A stretch of 64,000 bases of DNA from Candidatus Eremiobacteria bacterium (GTDB taxonomy: Bacteria; Vulcanimicrobiota; Vulcanimicrobiia; Vulcanimicrobiales; Vulcanimicrobiaceae), in assembly GCA_963758295.1 (NCBI GenBank), contig CAVWUU010000001.1, forward strand, positions 151,274 to 215,273. The letters run 5' to 3'. Positions 46,976-56,690 of this stretch are shown here, piece by piece (the first letter of the stretch is position 1; each line of letters starts with the position of its first letter). A program made the position numbers and the translations under genes. The notes under the pieces are model-generated. The model saw nothing but the letters and a program-made list of their open reading frames with translations. It did not search any database and was not told where the DNA came from.

Positions 46976-48012
46976 CCGGCGGCGCACGGGCGCTCTTGTA
47001 TTGCGCGGGCGGCGGGATCGGCGATTCGCTCGTTGCCTCGGTCGTGGCTCGTGCGTTGCACGAACGCTACGAGCACGTGGACGCGCTGACGTTGCCCGGC
47101 CACCGCGCAACGCTCGAACGCGTCCCTGACCTCAGCGAAGTGCTCGTCGACAATGGCGGAGATGCGGACGCGCTGGCTGCGCATCTGCGCAAGCGGCGAT
47201 ACGATGCCTGCGTTGTCACCTGGGCCACGTCGCGCACCGCGCGGGTCGCGCAGCTTGCGGGCATTCCGCTGCGCGTGGGTCAAGCGGGGCGGCTCTATTC
47301 ATTCCGCTTCACCAATCGCGTCCTGGTGCGAAGCGAACGGGGCGACGTAACGTCGCATTGGAGCGACATTCTGCTCGACTATGCGCGTGCGATCGGATGC
47401 GACACGGCCGACCGCGGGCCGCAGTTCGTTCCCACGCCGCACGATGAAGACGAAGCGAACGCGTTGCTTCGCGAGCTTCGAATTGCACCGGCAAACTTCA
47501 CGATTCTGCATCCGACCAACGCGATCGCGCCAAAGCGCGGCATTTGGCCGCTCGCCGGGTGGGCGAAACTTGCGCGCGCCATGCAGGAACGCTTCCGCAG
47601 TTCCGTGTTGCTCACCGGATCGAAGGACGACGAACAGATCAATGCCGGCATTCTTCGTGAAGCAGGCGTGGACGGCGTCATCGACATTGCGGGGAAAACG
47701 GGCATCGGGGCTTTCGGCGCGCTTGCGAAGCAGGCTCGCGTGTTCGCCGGAATCACGACCGGTTCCATGCACGTGGCCGCTGCAGCGGGCGCACCGACCG
47801 TAGGCATTTTCCCGTATCAAACGGACTTTCCGGAACGTTGGGCTCCAATTGGTACGCGTACCGCAGTCGTCCGCGCCTCGTATCCGTGCCACCCGGGCGA
47901 TACGAAGGAAACCTGTCCCGACTATGCCTGTATAGCTAACCTTGACGTTCCCCGCGTGCTGGCGGCGGCAGAGTCGTTGTTGACGCCCGCATCGAGCGGC
48001 GCCGGTTTGTAG
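46972..48012 (+). CDS. family 9 glycosyltransferase (heptosyltransferase-like, paralog a)
   Basis: GGGIGDSLVAS N-terminus, W.LAGWAKLA, and C-terminal GITTGSMHVAAAAGAPTVGIF typical of GT9. Confidence 0.8.
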   Translation: MTGGARALLYCAGGGIGDSLVASVVARALHERYEHVDALTLPGHRATLERVPDLSEVLVDNGGDADALAAHLRKRRYDACVVTWATSRTARVAQLAGIPLRVGQAGRLYSFRFTNRVLVRSERGDVTSHWSDILLDYARAIGCDTADRGPQFVPTPHDEDEANALLRELRIAPANFTILHPTNAIAPKRGIWPLAGWAKLARAMQERFRSSVLLTGSKDDEQINAGILREAGVDGVIDIAGKTGIGAFGALAKQARVFAGITTGSMHVAAAAGAPTVGIFPYQTDFPERWAPIGTRTAVVRASYPCHPGDTKETCPDYACIANLDVPRVLAAAESLLTPASSGAGL

Positions 48013-48023
48013 GAGAAGCTCCT

Positions 48024-48917
48024 TTGCGCGCAACCATTCAGCTTTGCACGTACAATCGCTCGCATCTGCTCGAACGCGTGCTCGATGCCTGCTTCGAACA
48101 AACCGTCGCATCGAGCGAATACGAAGTCGTGCTCGTCAACGACGGTTCGACCGACGACACGGCCGCCGTCATCGAAAGAGCGCTGCAGCGCGCAACCTGC
48201 AAGTTCACGGTCGTGAATCAACCGAACTCCGGTCTCGCCAAGGGCCGTAACGTCGGGATCGCGCGCGCGACCGGCGAACGCATGATCTTCATCGATGACG
48301 ACGTGCTGCCGCTCCCGAACTTCGTCGAGCAGCACTTGCGCTCGCATTTGAATCACCCGAAGGCGGTCGTGCGCGGCGGCGCCATCAACGTTGAATCGTT
48401 CGATGAACTTCCGCCACCGGTGTGGAGCATCCGTCACTACAGCGGCAATTACTTCTGGACGACGAACGTGTCCGTTCCGCTTGTAACGATTCGTGCCGTC
48501 GGCGGATTCAACGAGTCGTTTTCCGAGTATGGCTGGGAAGACATCGACGTCGGGCTGCGCTTGCGCTTCGGCGGCGTTAAAGCGGTCTTCAATTCGAAAG
48601 CGCTCGTCTACCATTGGAAGCCGCGGCCGCGCAGCGGAAACGTCGAGAAGATGGTTCGTCAGGCGCGCGCGCAGGCGCGAACGGCCGTTCAGCTCGCGAA
48701 GATTCATCCGCACTGGCGGACGTATCTTGCGACCGGCATCAATCCGGTGCAACGGCGCCTGCACGCATGGATGCACTCGGTGAGGCCGGCAGAGAAAGGC
48801 CGCGCTTCGCTGGGCGACCTCTGCGTTGACCGCCCGCTGACGAACAAAGAGCTGCGCGCGGCACAGCGCCTGGCGAGCGAGGCATACTTCGACGAACTCG
48901 AGCACTCGCTGCGCTAG
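48024..48917 (+). CDS. family 2 glycosyltransferase (paralog b)
   Basis: CTYNRSHLL...VVLVNDGSTDDT...FIDDD and YGWEDIDVGLRL. A clear paralog of 46100-46975 (NVESYDD/NVESFDE, NVSVP). Confidence 0.85.
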   Translation: MRATIQLCTYNRSHLLERVLDACFEQTVASSEYEVVLVNDGSTDDTAAVIERALQRATCKFTVVNQPNSGLAKGRNVGIARATGERMIFIDDDVLPLPNFVEQHLRSHLNHPKAVVRGGAINVESFDELPPPVWSIRHYSGNYFWTTNVSVPLVTIRAVGGFNESFSEYGWEDIDVGLRLRFGGVKAVFNSKALVYHWKPRPRSGNVEKMVRQARAQARTAVQLAKIHPHWRTYLATGINPVQRRLHAWMHSVRPAEKGRASLGDLCVDRPLTNKELRAAQRLASEAYFDELEHSLR

Positions 48918-49895
48918 ATGCGGATTCTTCTTTCGCGAACGGATCGAATCGGCGATCTGATTCTGTCCACGCCCGCGATTGCCACGGTTCGAGCTTCCTT
49001 TCCCAAAGCGCACATCACGATGGTTACGAGCCCGTACAATCGGATCGTCATGGAGCGTAACACCGACGTTGACGAACTAATCGACCTCCCGCGTGAAGTC
49101 AAGCCCGAAACGTTCGGCGCGGCCTTCCGTAACTTCGATCTCGCCGTTGCGCTTGCACCGCGCTCGCAAGACCTCCGCATCGTCGGCGCAACCAAGGCGA
49201 AAGTTCGCGTGGGCTACACGTACGTCAGGCGATGGATTGCACGGCTTACCGCGCGTTTGTACGTAAACCGCGTGATGGTATCGCCGGCAGATCCGGATTT
49301 GTGCGAACGATATCCCGATCGAATCGTGCCGCACGAGGTGGATCAGCTGCTTCAGCTGGTGGCGCTTGGCGGAGCGCACGATCGAATCGATCGATTGCGG
49401 ATCGACATCACGCCGGCGGACCGCGAGGCGCTCGACGGATTGCCGGTGTCGCCGCTCCTCGTGCACTTGGGGCTGCGCTGGTTTACCACGGGCAGCACCC
49501 TCGCGAGTACGCTTGAGTTGATGCAGAGACTGCAGGCGCTCGGCTTGCCGCTTGTCGTGAGTTGCGCGACCGAATGCGAGGAGCACGCTCCGGCATTTGA
49601 AAATGCGGGTTTGTCGGTCGTTCGCGGCCTTCCGTTTCACCAATGGGCCGCGCTGTTCGAACGCGCGCGCTGTGTCGTGACGGTCGATACCGGTGCGACT
49701 CATGTCGCAAGCGCAATGCGCAGGCCCACCGTGGTCGCCTTCGAACATCGGTACTTCCGGTTGAACTCGCAGGAATGGGCGCCCTATCACGTGCCAAGCG
49801 TGCTTGTTCGCAAACCGGCCGGCGCCGGCGAATCATCACTCGCGGAGTTTCGCGACTCGATCGTCAACGGTGTCACCGATTTAATCGATGCCTGA
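48918..49895 (+). CDS. family 9 glycosyltransferase (heptosyltransferase-like, paralog b)
   Basis: MRILLSRTDRIGDLILSTPAI start, and C-terminal VTVDTGATHVASAMRRPTVVAF typical of GT9. Confidence 0.8.
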   Translation: MRILLSRTDRIGDLILSTPAIATVRASFPKAHITMVTSPYNRIVMERNTDVDELIDLPREVKPETFGAAFRNFDLAVALAPRSQDLRIVGATKAKVRVGYTYVRRWIARLTARLYVNRVMVSPADPDLCERYPDRIVPHEVDQLLQLVALGGAHDRIDRLRIDITPADREALDGLPVSPLLVHLGLRWFTTGSTLASTLELMQRLQALGLPLVVSCATECEEHAPAFENAGLSVVRGLPFHQWAALFERARCVVTVDTGATHVASAMRRPTVVAFEHRYFRLNSQEWAPYHVPSVLVRKPAGAGESSLAEFRDSIVNGVTDLIDA

Positions 49896-50784
49896 TATTT
49901 CCGTAGTCATCCCGACCTATAACCGGTTGGACACGCTCGCTCATGTCGTTCCGACGCTGCTCGCGCAAGATTTGGCGGCGGACCGGTACGAGCTGCTCGT
50001 ATGCGATTCAAATTCGACCGACGGCACGCGTGAATATCTCGCCGGCGTGCATGCGGAACATCCGAACGTTCGCCATTTGCCCGGCTCGTACACCGGTCGC
50101 GCGATGGCACGCAACGCCGGAATTGCCAGGGCTCAGGGCGACGTCGTGCTTTTTAACGACTCGGACATCCTAGCGTCGCCGGACCTGCTTTCGCGCCATC
50201 TGCAGCATCACGAAGCGGAACAAAAGGTCGCGGTCGTCGGACTCGAGGTGCAAGTCAAAGACCTCGAGGACTATGCGTACAAACGGGATCATGCGGATGC
50301 GCGCGGTTTTCTCCACAAACCCACGCGCAAAGAGCTGCCCTGGCTGTATTTTCTCACCGGCAACGCGTCGGTGCGGCGCGACGATCTGCTTCGCGTGGGT
50401 TCGTTCGACGAAAGCTTCACCGGGTATGGGCACGAGGACTTGGAGCTGGGTTACCGGTTGGAAAAAGCCGGCATCCGGATTCTTTACGAGCCCAACGCGG
50501 TGAACTATCACTGCCAAGACGTGCCGCACGACGATCAAAAAGAAAAAATGAAACTTGCCGGACGTTCGACCGTCCGGTTCTATCGCAAACATCCGGACTT
50601 TGCGGTGAAGTTGAATCTCGGCATGACGCCGTTGTCGCTCGGGCTGCACGGCGCGCTCACGCGTATGCCGGCGCTTCTGGGATACTTCGATGCTCGTGCG
50701 AAAGATTCGAAATTTGCGCGCGATCTCGTGCAACAGTACTACTACGTTTCCGGAATCAAACAAGCATTGGACGGCAAGGAATGA
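49888..50784 (+). CDS. family 2 glycosyltransferase (paralog c)
   Basis: ISVVIPTYNRLDTL...LVCDSNSTDGT...FNDSD and YGHEDLELGYRL. Confidence 0.85.
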   Translation: MPDISVVIPTYNRLDTLAHVVPTLLAQDLAADRYELLVCDSNSTDGTREYLAGVHAEHPNVRHLPGSYTGRAMARNAGIARAQGDVVLFNDSDILASPDLLSRHLQHHEAEQKVAVVGLEVQVKDLEDYAYKRDHADARGFLHKPTRKELPWLYFLTGNASVRRDDLLRVGSFDESFTGYGHEDLELGYRLEKAGIRILYEPNAVNYHCQDVPHDDQKEKMKLAGRSTVRFYRKHPDFAVKLNLGMTPLSLGLHGALTRMPALLGYFDARAKDSKFARDLVQQYYYVSGIKQALDGKE

Positions 50785-52556
50785 CTAGCGTAACGAAACG
50801 GGTTTCATGCGGCGGACTGCGTGGAAATGATGCGGGCGAAACGGCCGAGTTGATGGGCTGGGTGAACCGCCGGCGCGACCACGGCGGACTGATTTTCGTC
50901 GATCTGCGCGATCGTGACGGTGTCACGCAAATCGTCTTCGACCCGCAGCATCCGAGTTTCAAAGACGCCGAGCATCTGCGCCATGAAGACGTGTTGCGCG
51001 TGCGCGGTTCCGTGCGCCGCCGTCCGGAGGGCACGGAAAATCCCAAGCTCGCCACCGGTGAGATCGAAGTCGGCATCGATTTTCTTGAAATCTTGAATCG
51101 CTCGCAGGTTCCGCCGTTTCAAGTAAACAGCGACGAGCCGGTTGACGAAAATCTGCGGCTGGAATACCGCTACCTCGATCTTCGCCGCCCGCGCATGCAA
51201 CGCAATATTCGATTGCGACACAAGGCCATCAAAGCCATGCGCGATTTCTTCGACGATCGCGGCTTTATCGAAATCGAAACGCCCATGCTCATCAAGAGCA
51301 CGCCGGAAGGCGCGCGCGATTATCTCGTGCCGTCGCGCCTGCATGCGGGAACGTTCTACGCGTTGCCGCAGTCGCCGCAGCTGCTGAAGCAAATTTCGAT
51401 GATCGCCGGGTTCGGCCGTTACATGCAAATCGCGCGCTGCATGCGCGACGAAGATTTGCGCGCCGATCGTCAACCCGAATTCACCCAAGTCGACGTCGAG
51501 CTATCGTTCTGCACGCAAGAAGAGGTGCTGGAAACGATGGAGTCGGCGATCCGGTACGTTTGGAAGAGCGTTCTCGACGTCGATCTTGCGCCGTTCCCGC
51601 GTTTGAAGCACGAAGAAGCGCTCGTGAAATACGGGGTCGACAAGCCGGACCTGCGCTTCGGGCTGGAACTTCAGGAAGTAAACGGCGTCTTTGCCGGGAC
51701 CGATTTCGTCGTCTTCAAGTCGGTGATCGAAAGCGGCGGCGCGATCGTCGCTCTGCGCTATCCCGGCGGCGCCTCCTTGTCGCGGCGTGATTTCGATGCG
51801 CTCACCGAAGACGCGAAGCAATTCGGCGGCAAGGGCATGGTGTGGGTCGCGCTGGGCGCGGACGGCGTTAAATCGTCGGCACAGAAGTTCATCGGCGAAG
51901 ACCATATTGCGAAACTTCGTGCCGCGACCGGTTCGGAAACCGGCGATGCGATGCTGCTCTTTGCCGACGCGCGCTCCGTATCGCTTCCGGTTGCCGGCAA
52001 AATGCGCAACCTCGTCGGCGAACGCTGCGGCTTGCGCGATCCGAACGCATTCGCATTTTGCTGGGTGCTCGACTTTCCGTATCTGGAAATTGACGAAGAA
52101 ACAGGCAAACCCGCACCGGCGCACCATCCGTTCACGTCGCCGGGCGAAGATCAGTGGGAGCTCATCGATACGGATCCGCTCAAGATGCGCGCGCAGCATT
52201 ACGACATGGTCCTCAACGGCTTCGAACTAGGCTCGGGCTCTATCCGCATTCACAAGCCGGACCAACAGCGCAAAATTTTCGAAATGCTCGGCATGACGCC
52301 CGAGCAGATCGAAGAGCGGTTCGGCTTCTTCGTTCGTGCCCTCGACTACGGCGCGCCGCCGCACGGCGGCATGGCGCTCGGCGTCGACCGCATAGTGATG
52401 CTGATGGCCGGCGAGGAAAACATCCGCGAAGTGATCGCTTATCCGAAGAACCAGGTCGGCCGCGACCTGATGATGGACGCGCCCACGACGGTGCCGGAGC
52501 CCCTCTTGCGGGATCTTTACCTGCGGAGCACGGCCCCGGAGGCGAACGGCCGATAA
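50781..52556 (+). CDS. aspS: aspartate--tRNA ligase
   Basis: N-terminal OB fold (GWVNRRRDHGGLIFVDLRD), class II motifs (FRDEDLRADRQPEFTQ, GSGSIRIH, GGMALGVDR) and the bacterial insertion domain. Confidence 0.95.
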   Translation: MTSVTKRVSCGGLRGNDAGETAELMGWVNRRRDHGGLIFVDLRDRDGVTQIVFDPQHPSFKDAEHLRHEDVLRVRGSVRRRPEGTENPKLATGEIEVGIDFLEILNRSQVPPFQVNSDEPVDENLRLEYRYLDLRRPRMQRNIRLRHKAIKAMRDFFDDRGFIEIETPMLIKSTPEGARDYLVPSRLHAGTFYALPQSPQLLKQISMIAGFGRYMQIARCMRDEDLRADRQPEFTQVDVELSFCTQEEVLETMESAIRYVWKSVLDVDLAPFPRLKHEEALVKYGVDKPDLRFGLELQEVNGVFAGTDFVVFKSVIESGGAIVALRYPGGASLSRRDFDALTEDAKQFGGKGMVWVALGADGVKSSAQKFIGEDHIAKLRAATGSETGDAMLLFADARSVSLPVAGKMRNLVGERCGLRDPNAFAFCWVLDFPYLEIDEETGKPAPAHHPFTSPGEDQWELIDTDPLKMRAQHYDMVLNGFELGSGSIRIHKPDQQRKIFEMLGMTPEQIEERFGFFVRALDYGAPPHGGMALGVDRIVMLMAGEENIREVIAYPKNQVGRDLMMDAPTTVPEPLLRDLYLRSTAPEANGR

Positions 52557-52563
52557 CGGAAGC

Positions 52564-52938
52564 GTGGGAGTTCGACTCGTGTTTTCTCGCGCGCTGATGG
52601 TCCTGGTCGCCGGCGCCAGCCTGCTTGCCGCCGGGCGACCGGCGGCTGCCGCGACGCTCGGTCCGGCGTGCACGGACTTCGTTCAAAAGGGCGACGGCGT
52701 TGCCATTCACGTGTTTTTCGCGAAAAACGGCGCCGTTCAACGGTACGACGTGCTATCGGCGCACGGCAATCCGGAATCGGAAAATCAACTGCGGCTCGCC
52801 CTCGAGCGGACGTATGGACCGGCCGGTGTGAATGCGCCTCCGGTGCAGATCGTTTCGTTCAAGCGGGCGAAATCAGGCGGCCTGATGATTCCGGATAAGG
52901 CGGTCGACTCGTGCGGACGCACTTCTTCGTTCCTGTAG
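52564..52938 (+). CDS. hypothetical secreted protein
   Basis: GTG start and signal-peptide-like VFSRALMVLVAGASLLAAGRPAAAA. No known motif. Confidence 0.45.
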   Translation: MGVRLVFSRALMVLVAGASLLAAGRPAAAATLGPACTDFVQKGDGVAIHVFFAKNGAVQRYDVLSAHGNPESENQLRLALERTYGPAGVNAPPVQIVSFKRAKSGGLMIPDKAVDSCGRTSSFL

Positions 52939-53288
52939 TTCTCTTATCGCTCGCGGCGTGCGGCGCTCAGAAGTCCGGCACCGCGCAATCCGCCGCGTCG
53001 GCATCGCCGGCTCCGCTTCAGGCATGTGAAACGCGAGAACTGACGCTCGACAACGTCGACCTGATGCTGCAGGCGAATATCGATGGAACGCCCGCTTCGA
53101 TTACGATCGTGCGTGCACCGGACCGCGACGCGCAAGATAAAGCGGTCGAAGAAGCGCGCAAATTGTTTGGTGTAGCGCGTCCGGATACGCGGACGATGAC
53201 GCATCAAAGCAAATGGGGCATCGTAGAAATTACAGACCCGTGCGGACGGCCTGTTACGGCGCCTTCAGCAACGCCTTCGCCCGCGTAA
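52911..53288 (+). CDS. hypothetical lipoprotein
   Basis: GTG start. VPVVLLSLAACGAQ is a signal peptide with a lipobox. Its 3' end overlaps the convergent UDG gene by 35 nt. Confidence 0.5.
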   Translation: MRTHFFVPVVLLSLAACGAQKSGTAQSAASASPAPLQACETRELTLDNVDLMLQANIDGTPASITIVRAPDRDAQDKAVEEARKLFGVARPDTRTMTHQSKWGIVEITDPCGRPVTAPSATPSPA

Positions 53289-53949
53289 AGATCGCATCGA
53301 ACATCGCCACGGTCAACAGGCCCGTGTTGGTATTCTGCCGGCTCGGGTGGTACGTGCCGATCAACGTCACCGTCCGTTCGCCTTTTTGCGCTTTGAATTC
53401 GGCAGCGTGACCAAAGACCGGTTTCCGGTCGAAGGCGAAGCCACGCTGAGCCAGCACGCTAGCAATCGCATCGAAGCCGATCCTTCCCAAACCGATCGCT
53501 ACTTCGAGTTGCGGCATTGCCTCGAATTCTTCGAGCAAATACGGTGCGCAATTTCGCAACTGCTGCGGGGTCGGCTTATTCTGCGGCGGGGCACAACGTC
53601 CGGCGGCCGTGATCATACAATCATTCAACCGCATCCCATCATCGCGATCGCGTGCATTGGGTTGCGACGCAAAACCGGCGCGATAGAGCGCGGGATACAG
53701 GAAGTCGCCCGAGGCATCACCGGTGAACGAGCGTCCGGTGCGATTGCTCCCGTGTGCACCCGGCGCAAGGCCGACGAGCAGCACGCGTGCATTAGGATCT
53801 CCGAATGCCGGAACCGGCTTTCCCCAATAGGCTTCTTGCGCGTAGGCGCGCCGCTTTTCACGCGCAACGGTCGCACAATACTCACGCAACTCGGGGCAGC
53901 GTTTGCACGCGATCACCGCTCGCTCGATACTCTTCAACGATTTCGGCAT
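53254..53949 (-). CDS. uracil-DNA glycosylase superfamily protein, family 5 (UdgB)-like with an Fe-S cysteine pattern
   Basis: CKRCPEL...C near the N-terminus and motif LVGLAPGAHGSNRTGRSFTGD (family 4/5 type; the GLAP.AHG form resembles family 5). C-terminal HPSRQN. Confidence 0.8.
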   Translation of the reverse strand: MPKSLKSIERAVIACKRCPELREYCATVAREKRRAYAQEAYWGKPVPAFGDPNARVLLVGLAPGAHGSNRTGRSFTGDASGDFLYPALYRAGFASQPNARDRDDGMRLNDCMITAAGRCAPPQNKPTPQQLRNCAPYLLEEFEAMPQLEVAIGLGRIGFDAIASVLAQRGFAFDRKPVFGHAAEFKAQKGERTVTLIGTYHPSRQNTNTGLLTVAMFDAIFTRAKALLKAP

Positions 53950-53950
53950 G

Positions 53951-54844
53951 CTATAGATCGATTTGCGCTTCGGACATGAAGGTGATGAACTGTTGCGCCG
54001 ACGGGCCGTACGAGGCGCGACGCATTACCAGTGACATGCGGCGTACGACCGGATGGGGTGCAAGCGACATCAGCGCGACGTTCGGCCCCGGCGTATTGCC
54101 GAGCGTTCGCGGAAAAAGCGCGATACCCAGCCGTTCGGCAACCAGCGATCGTACCGTTAGGGAATCGGCGCTTTCAAAGGCGACACGCGGCTGGAACCCG
54201 GCGCGTTGCGCAAGCGCGAACAGTCGCTGCGTCATCGTGGATCCGGGACGAAAAATCACGAACGGCTCCTCGCGCAGTTCCTCCATGCGTACCGACGAAC
54301 GGGACGCGAGTGGATGCGACGCGGCTACGGCGATGGCAAGTTCGTCTTCGTAAAGCGGAACGTTCTCGAACTCGACGCGGCCGGGGGCCGATGCGTCGCC
54401 GAGATCGCCGACGAACACGTCGATGGCGCCGTCGCGCAGCCCGGAAAGCAAATCGTCGGCCATGCCCTCGCGCAGCGCGACTTCGATGCCGGGATGAAGC
54501 GCGTGAAAGCGACCCAGCAGCTTCGGAAGCGTATATTCCGCGAACGACTGATAGGCGCCGACGACTACGCGGCCACGGAGGCCGCCTGCATAGGCGGTCA
54601 TCTCTTCGGCGGTTGCCTCAACCTCGGAGAGGATGCGTTCCGCGCGCGCTACGAACGTGCGCCCGGCGTCGGTGAGAGCGACCCTCCGGTTCGTCCGCTC
54701 GAAGAGCCGCACGCCGAGCTCGGACTCAAGCGCCGCGACCTGCTGGGAAAGAGCCGGCTGGGCGACCGTGAGTGCCTCGGCCGCCTTCGTGAAACTCAGG
54801 CGCTTGGCGATGGCGACGGCATAACGAAGGTGGCGCAACTCCAT
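53951..54844 (-). CDS. LysR-family transcriptional regulator
   Basis: MELRHLRYAVAIAKRLSFTKAAEALTVAQPALSQQV is a helix-turn-helix region. It is divergent from an MFS transporter gene. The track ORF start at 55063 is upstream of the conserved N-terminus. Confidence 0.9.
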   Translation of the reverse strand: MELRHLRYAVAIAKRLSFTKAAEALTVAQPALSQQVAALESELGVRLFERTNRRVALTDAGRTFVARAERILSEVEATAEEMTAYAGGLRGRVVVGAYQSFAEYTLPKLLGRFHALHPGIEVALREGMADDLLSGLRDGAIDVFVGDLGDASAPGRVEFENVPLYEDELAIAVAASHPLASRSSVRMEELREEPFVIFRPGSTMTQRLFALAQRAGFQPRVAFESADSLTVRSLVAERLGIALFPRTLGNTPGPNVALMSLAPHPVVRRMSLVMRRASYGPSAQQFITFMSEAQIDL

Positions 54845-54919
54845 AGATGCATTTATCTTATCAAATCGAGCGGAATAATCTATTAGACTTATGCATGTTG
54901 CCATGCGAAGATAAAACCC

Positions 54920-56131
54920 ATGGCCGTAGCAACCACTTCTGCCCCCGCTTCGCTTGCGGAGGGGGCCGACCGACGCGGGATCACGCTTCTCACCGTGGCT
55001 CACCTCATGAACGACGCGAATCAGAGCGCGCTCCCGGCCATCATTCCATGGCTCGTCGCCCATCGGGGGCTATCTTTGGCGGTGGCCGCCACGCTCGTGC
55101 TGGCTATGAACCTCTCGTCATCGATCGTCCAGCCGCTCTTTGGCCATATGTCCGACCGGCGATCGCTCGCATGGGTCATCCCGACGTCCTTACTGGTGGC
55201 AACTTTTGGCACCGCACTCATCGGCCTGGCATCGTCGCTTCCCATGATGCTGGCCGGCGCTCTTGTCTCGGGGATCGGCGTTGCGGCCTTCCATCCGGAA
55301 GGGTCGCGGTTCTCCAATTACTTCGCAGGGCCCAAGCGCGCGTCGGGCATGAGCTGGTTTACCTTGGGCGGCTACCTCGGCTTTGCCATGGGACCGATCG
55401 CCGTTACGCCGCTGATTCTGGCCTTCGGGTTGCACGGCACAGCCCTGCTATTGATCCCGGCGATCGCGGTTTTCGCCCTCGTTTGGCGCGAACTGCCGCG
55501 GTTCGAGGAAGCGCGGCGCGTGGCGCATCGCGCGCACCGCGAACGTGCCGGCGACGACGATTGGCGTGGATTTTCCGTGCTTACCGGCGTCGTGGCGCTG
55601 CGTTCGATGACGTTTCTCGCCGCGGTGACGTTCACGCCGATTTTCGCTATCCGCGTCGCGCATGTGGATGCAACGCTTGCCTCGATGGCTCTTGCCGCCC
55701 TCCTGTTCGGAGGCGCGTTCGGCACGGTCTTCGGCGGACGAATCGCCGATCGCATCGACCGGCGTTACGTTGTGTCCATTTCGCTTGTCCTCACGACGCT
55801 TTTCGCGGTTGCCGTCGCCGCAGCGGGCTCGCACGCTCCTTATTACGGATTGATCGTTGCGCTTGCGGTCTGCCTCGGAATTTCGCTCGGTCTTTCGGCC
55901 GGCGTCATCGTCGTCATCGGTCAGGAGTATCTTCCGAAGCGGATCGGCGTTGCGTCGGGCGTTACGCTCGGGCTTGCGGTCACGATCGGCGGTCTCGCCG
56001 CGCCTTTCTTCGGCTGGATCGGCGACCGCTACGGTCTCGTTACCGTGTTCTTTATGATCGCGTTTTTTGCGGTGCTTTCGATGGCAGGCTCCCTTGTAAT
56101 GCCCAAGCCGAAGGCGCTCGCGAAAGCGTAA
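54920..56131 (+). CDS. MFS transporter
   Basis: 403 aa with about 12 hydrophobic segments and the MFS loop motif (GHMSDRRS). Confidence 0.85.
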   Translation: MAVATTSAPASLAEGADRRGITLLTVAHLMNDANQSALPAIIPWLVAHRGLSLAVAATLVLAMNLSSSIVQPLFGHMSDRRSLAWVIPTSLLVATFGTALIGLASSLPMMLAGALVSGIGVAAFHPEGSRFSNYFAGPKRASGMSWFTLGGYLGFAMGPIAVTPLILAFGLHGTALLLIPAIAVFALVWRELPRFEEARRVAHRAHRERAGDDDWRGFSVLTGVVALRSMTFLAAVTFTPIFAIRVAHVDATLASMALAALLFGGAFGTVFGGRIADRIDRRYVVSISLVLTTLFAVAVAAAGSHAPYYGLIVALAVCLGISLGLSAGVIVVIGQEYLPKRIGVASGVTLGLAVTIGGLAAPFFGWIGDRYGLVTVFFMIAFFAVLSMAGSLVMPKPKALAKA

Positions 56132-56162
56132 CTCCGGCTGACCAACGTCCGTTGTAAAAGCG

Positions 56163-56690
56163 TCACGTCAGGCCGGGGAAGTCCAGAGCGGCGAGCGCGC
56201 CATAAGTAGCAATTCCGACGGCGGTAGCGAGGTTGATGCTACGCACGCTGTCCTGACGCATGGGAATACGCAACGCTCGGTCAGGATTTTCCGACACCAG
56301 CGCCGACGGTAAGCCTTTCGTTTCTTTCCCGAAGACCAACATGTCGCCCCACGAAAACGACGCCTTCGGGTACGTGCGCGTCGCGTGCGTCGAGAAATAC
56401 CAGCGATTGAACGATGCGGTCGTCTCCAGAAAGGCCTCGAGCGACGAGTGCATCACCACGCCCAAAGCGTGCCAGTAATCGAGACCTGCTCGTTTCAACT
56501 CACGATCGTCGATGCGAAAGCCAAGCGGCTCGACGAGGTGCAGAGCGCATCCGGTCGCCGCGCACAATCGCGCGACGTTGCCGGTGTTCGGCGGAATTTC
56601 CGGCTCGACAAGCACGATATGCAGCGGCGCGTCGCGCATCTCATCGAGCGCGCGAACGCGTTCGTGCGGTTGTGCGGACGGCGAGGTCAT
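56163..56690 (-). CDS. trmL: tRNA (cytidine/uridine-2'-O)-methyltransferase TrmL (SpoU/TrmH family)
   Basis: HIVLVEPEIPPNTGNVARLCAATG, LVFGKETKGLP and SINLATAVGIA are the three SPOUT motifs. About 175 aa. Confidence 0.88.
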   Translation of the reverse strand: MTSPSAQPHERVRALDEMRDAPLHIVLVEPEIPPNTGNVARLCAATGCALHLVEPLGFRIDDRELKRAGLDYWHALGVVMHSSLEAFLETTASFNRWYFSTHATRTYPKASFSWGDMLVFGKETKGLPSALVSENPDRALRIPMRQDSVRSINLATAVGIATYGALAALDFPGLT

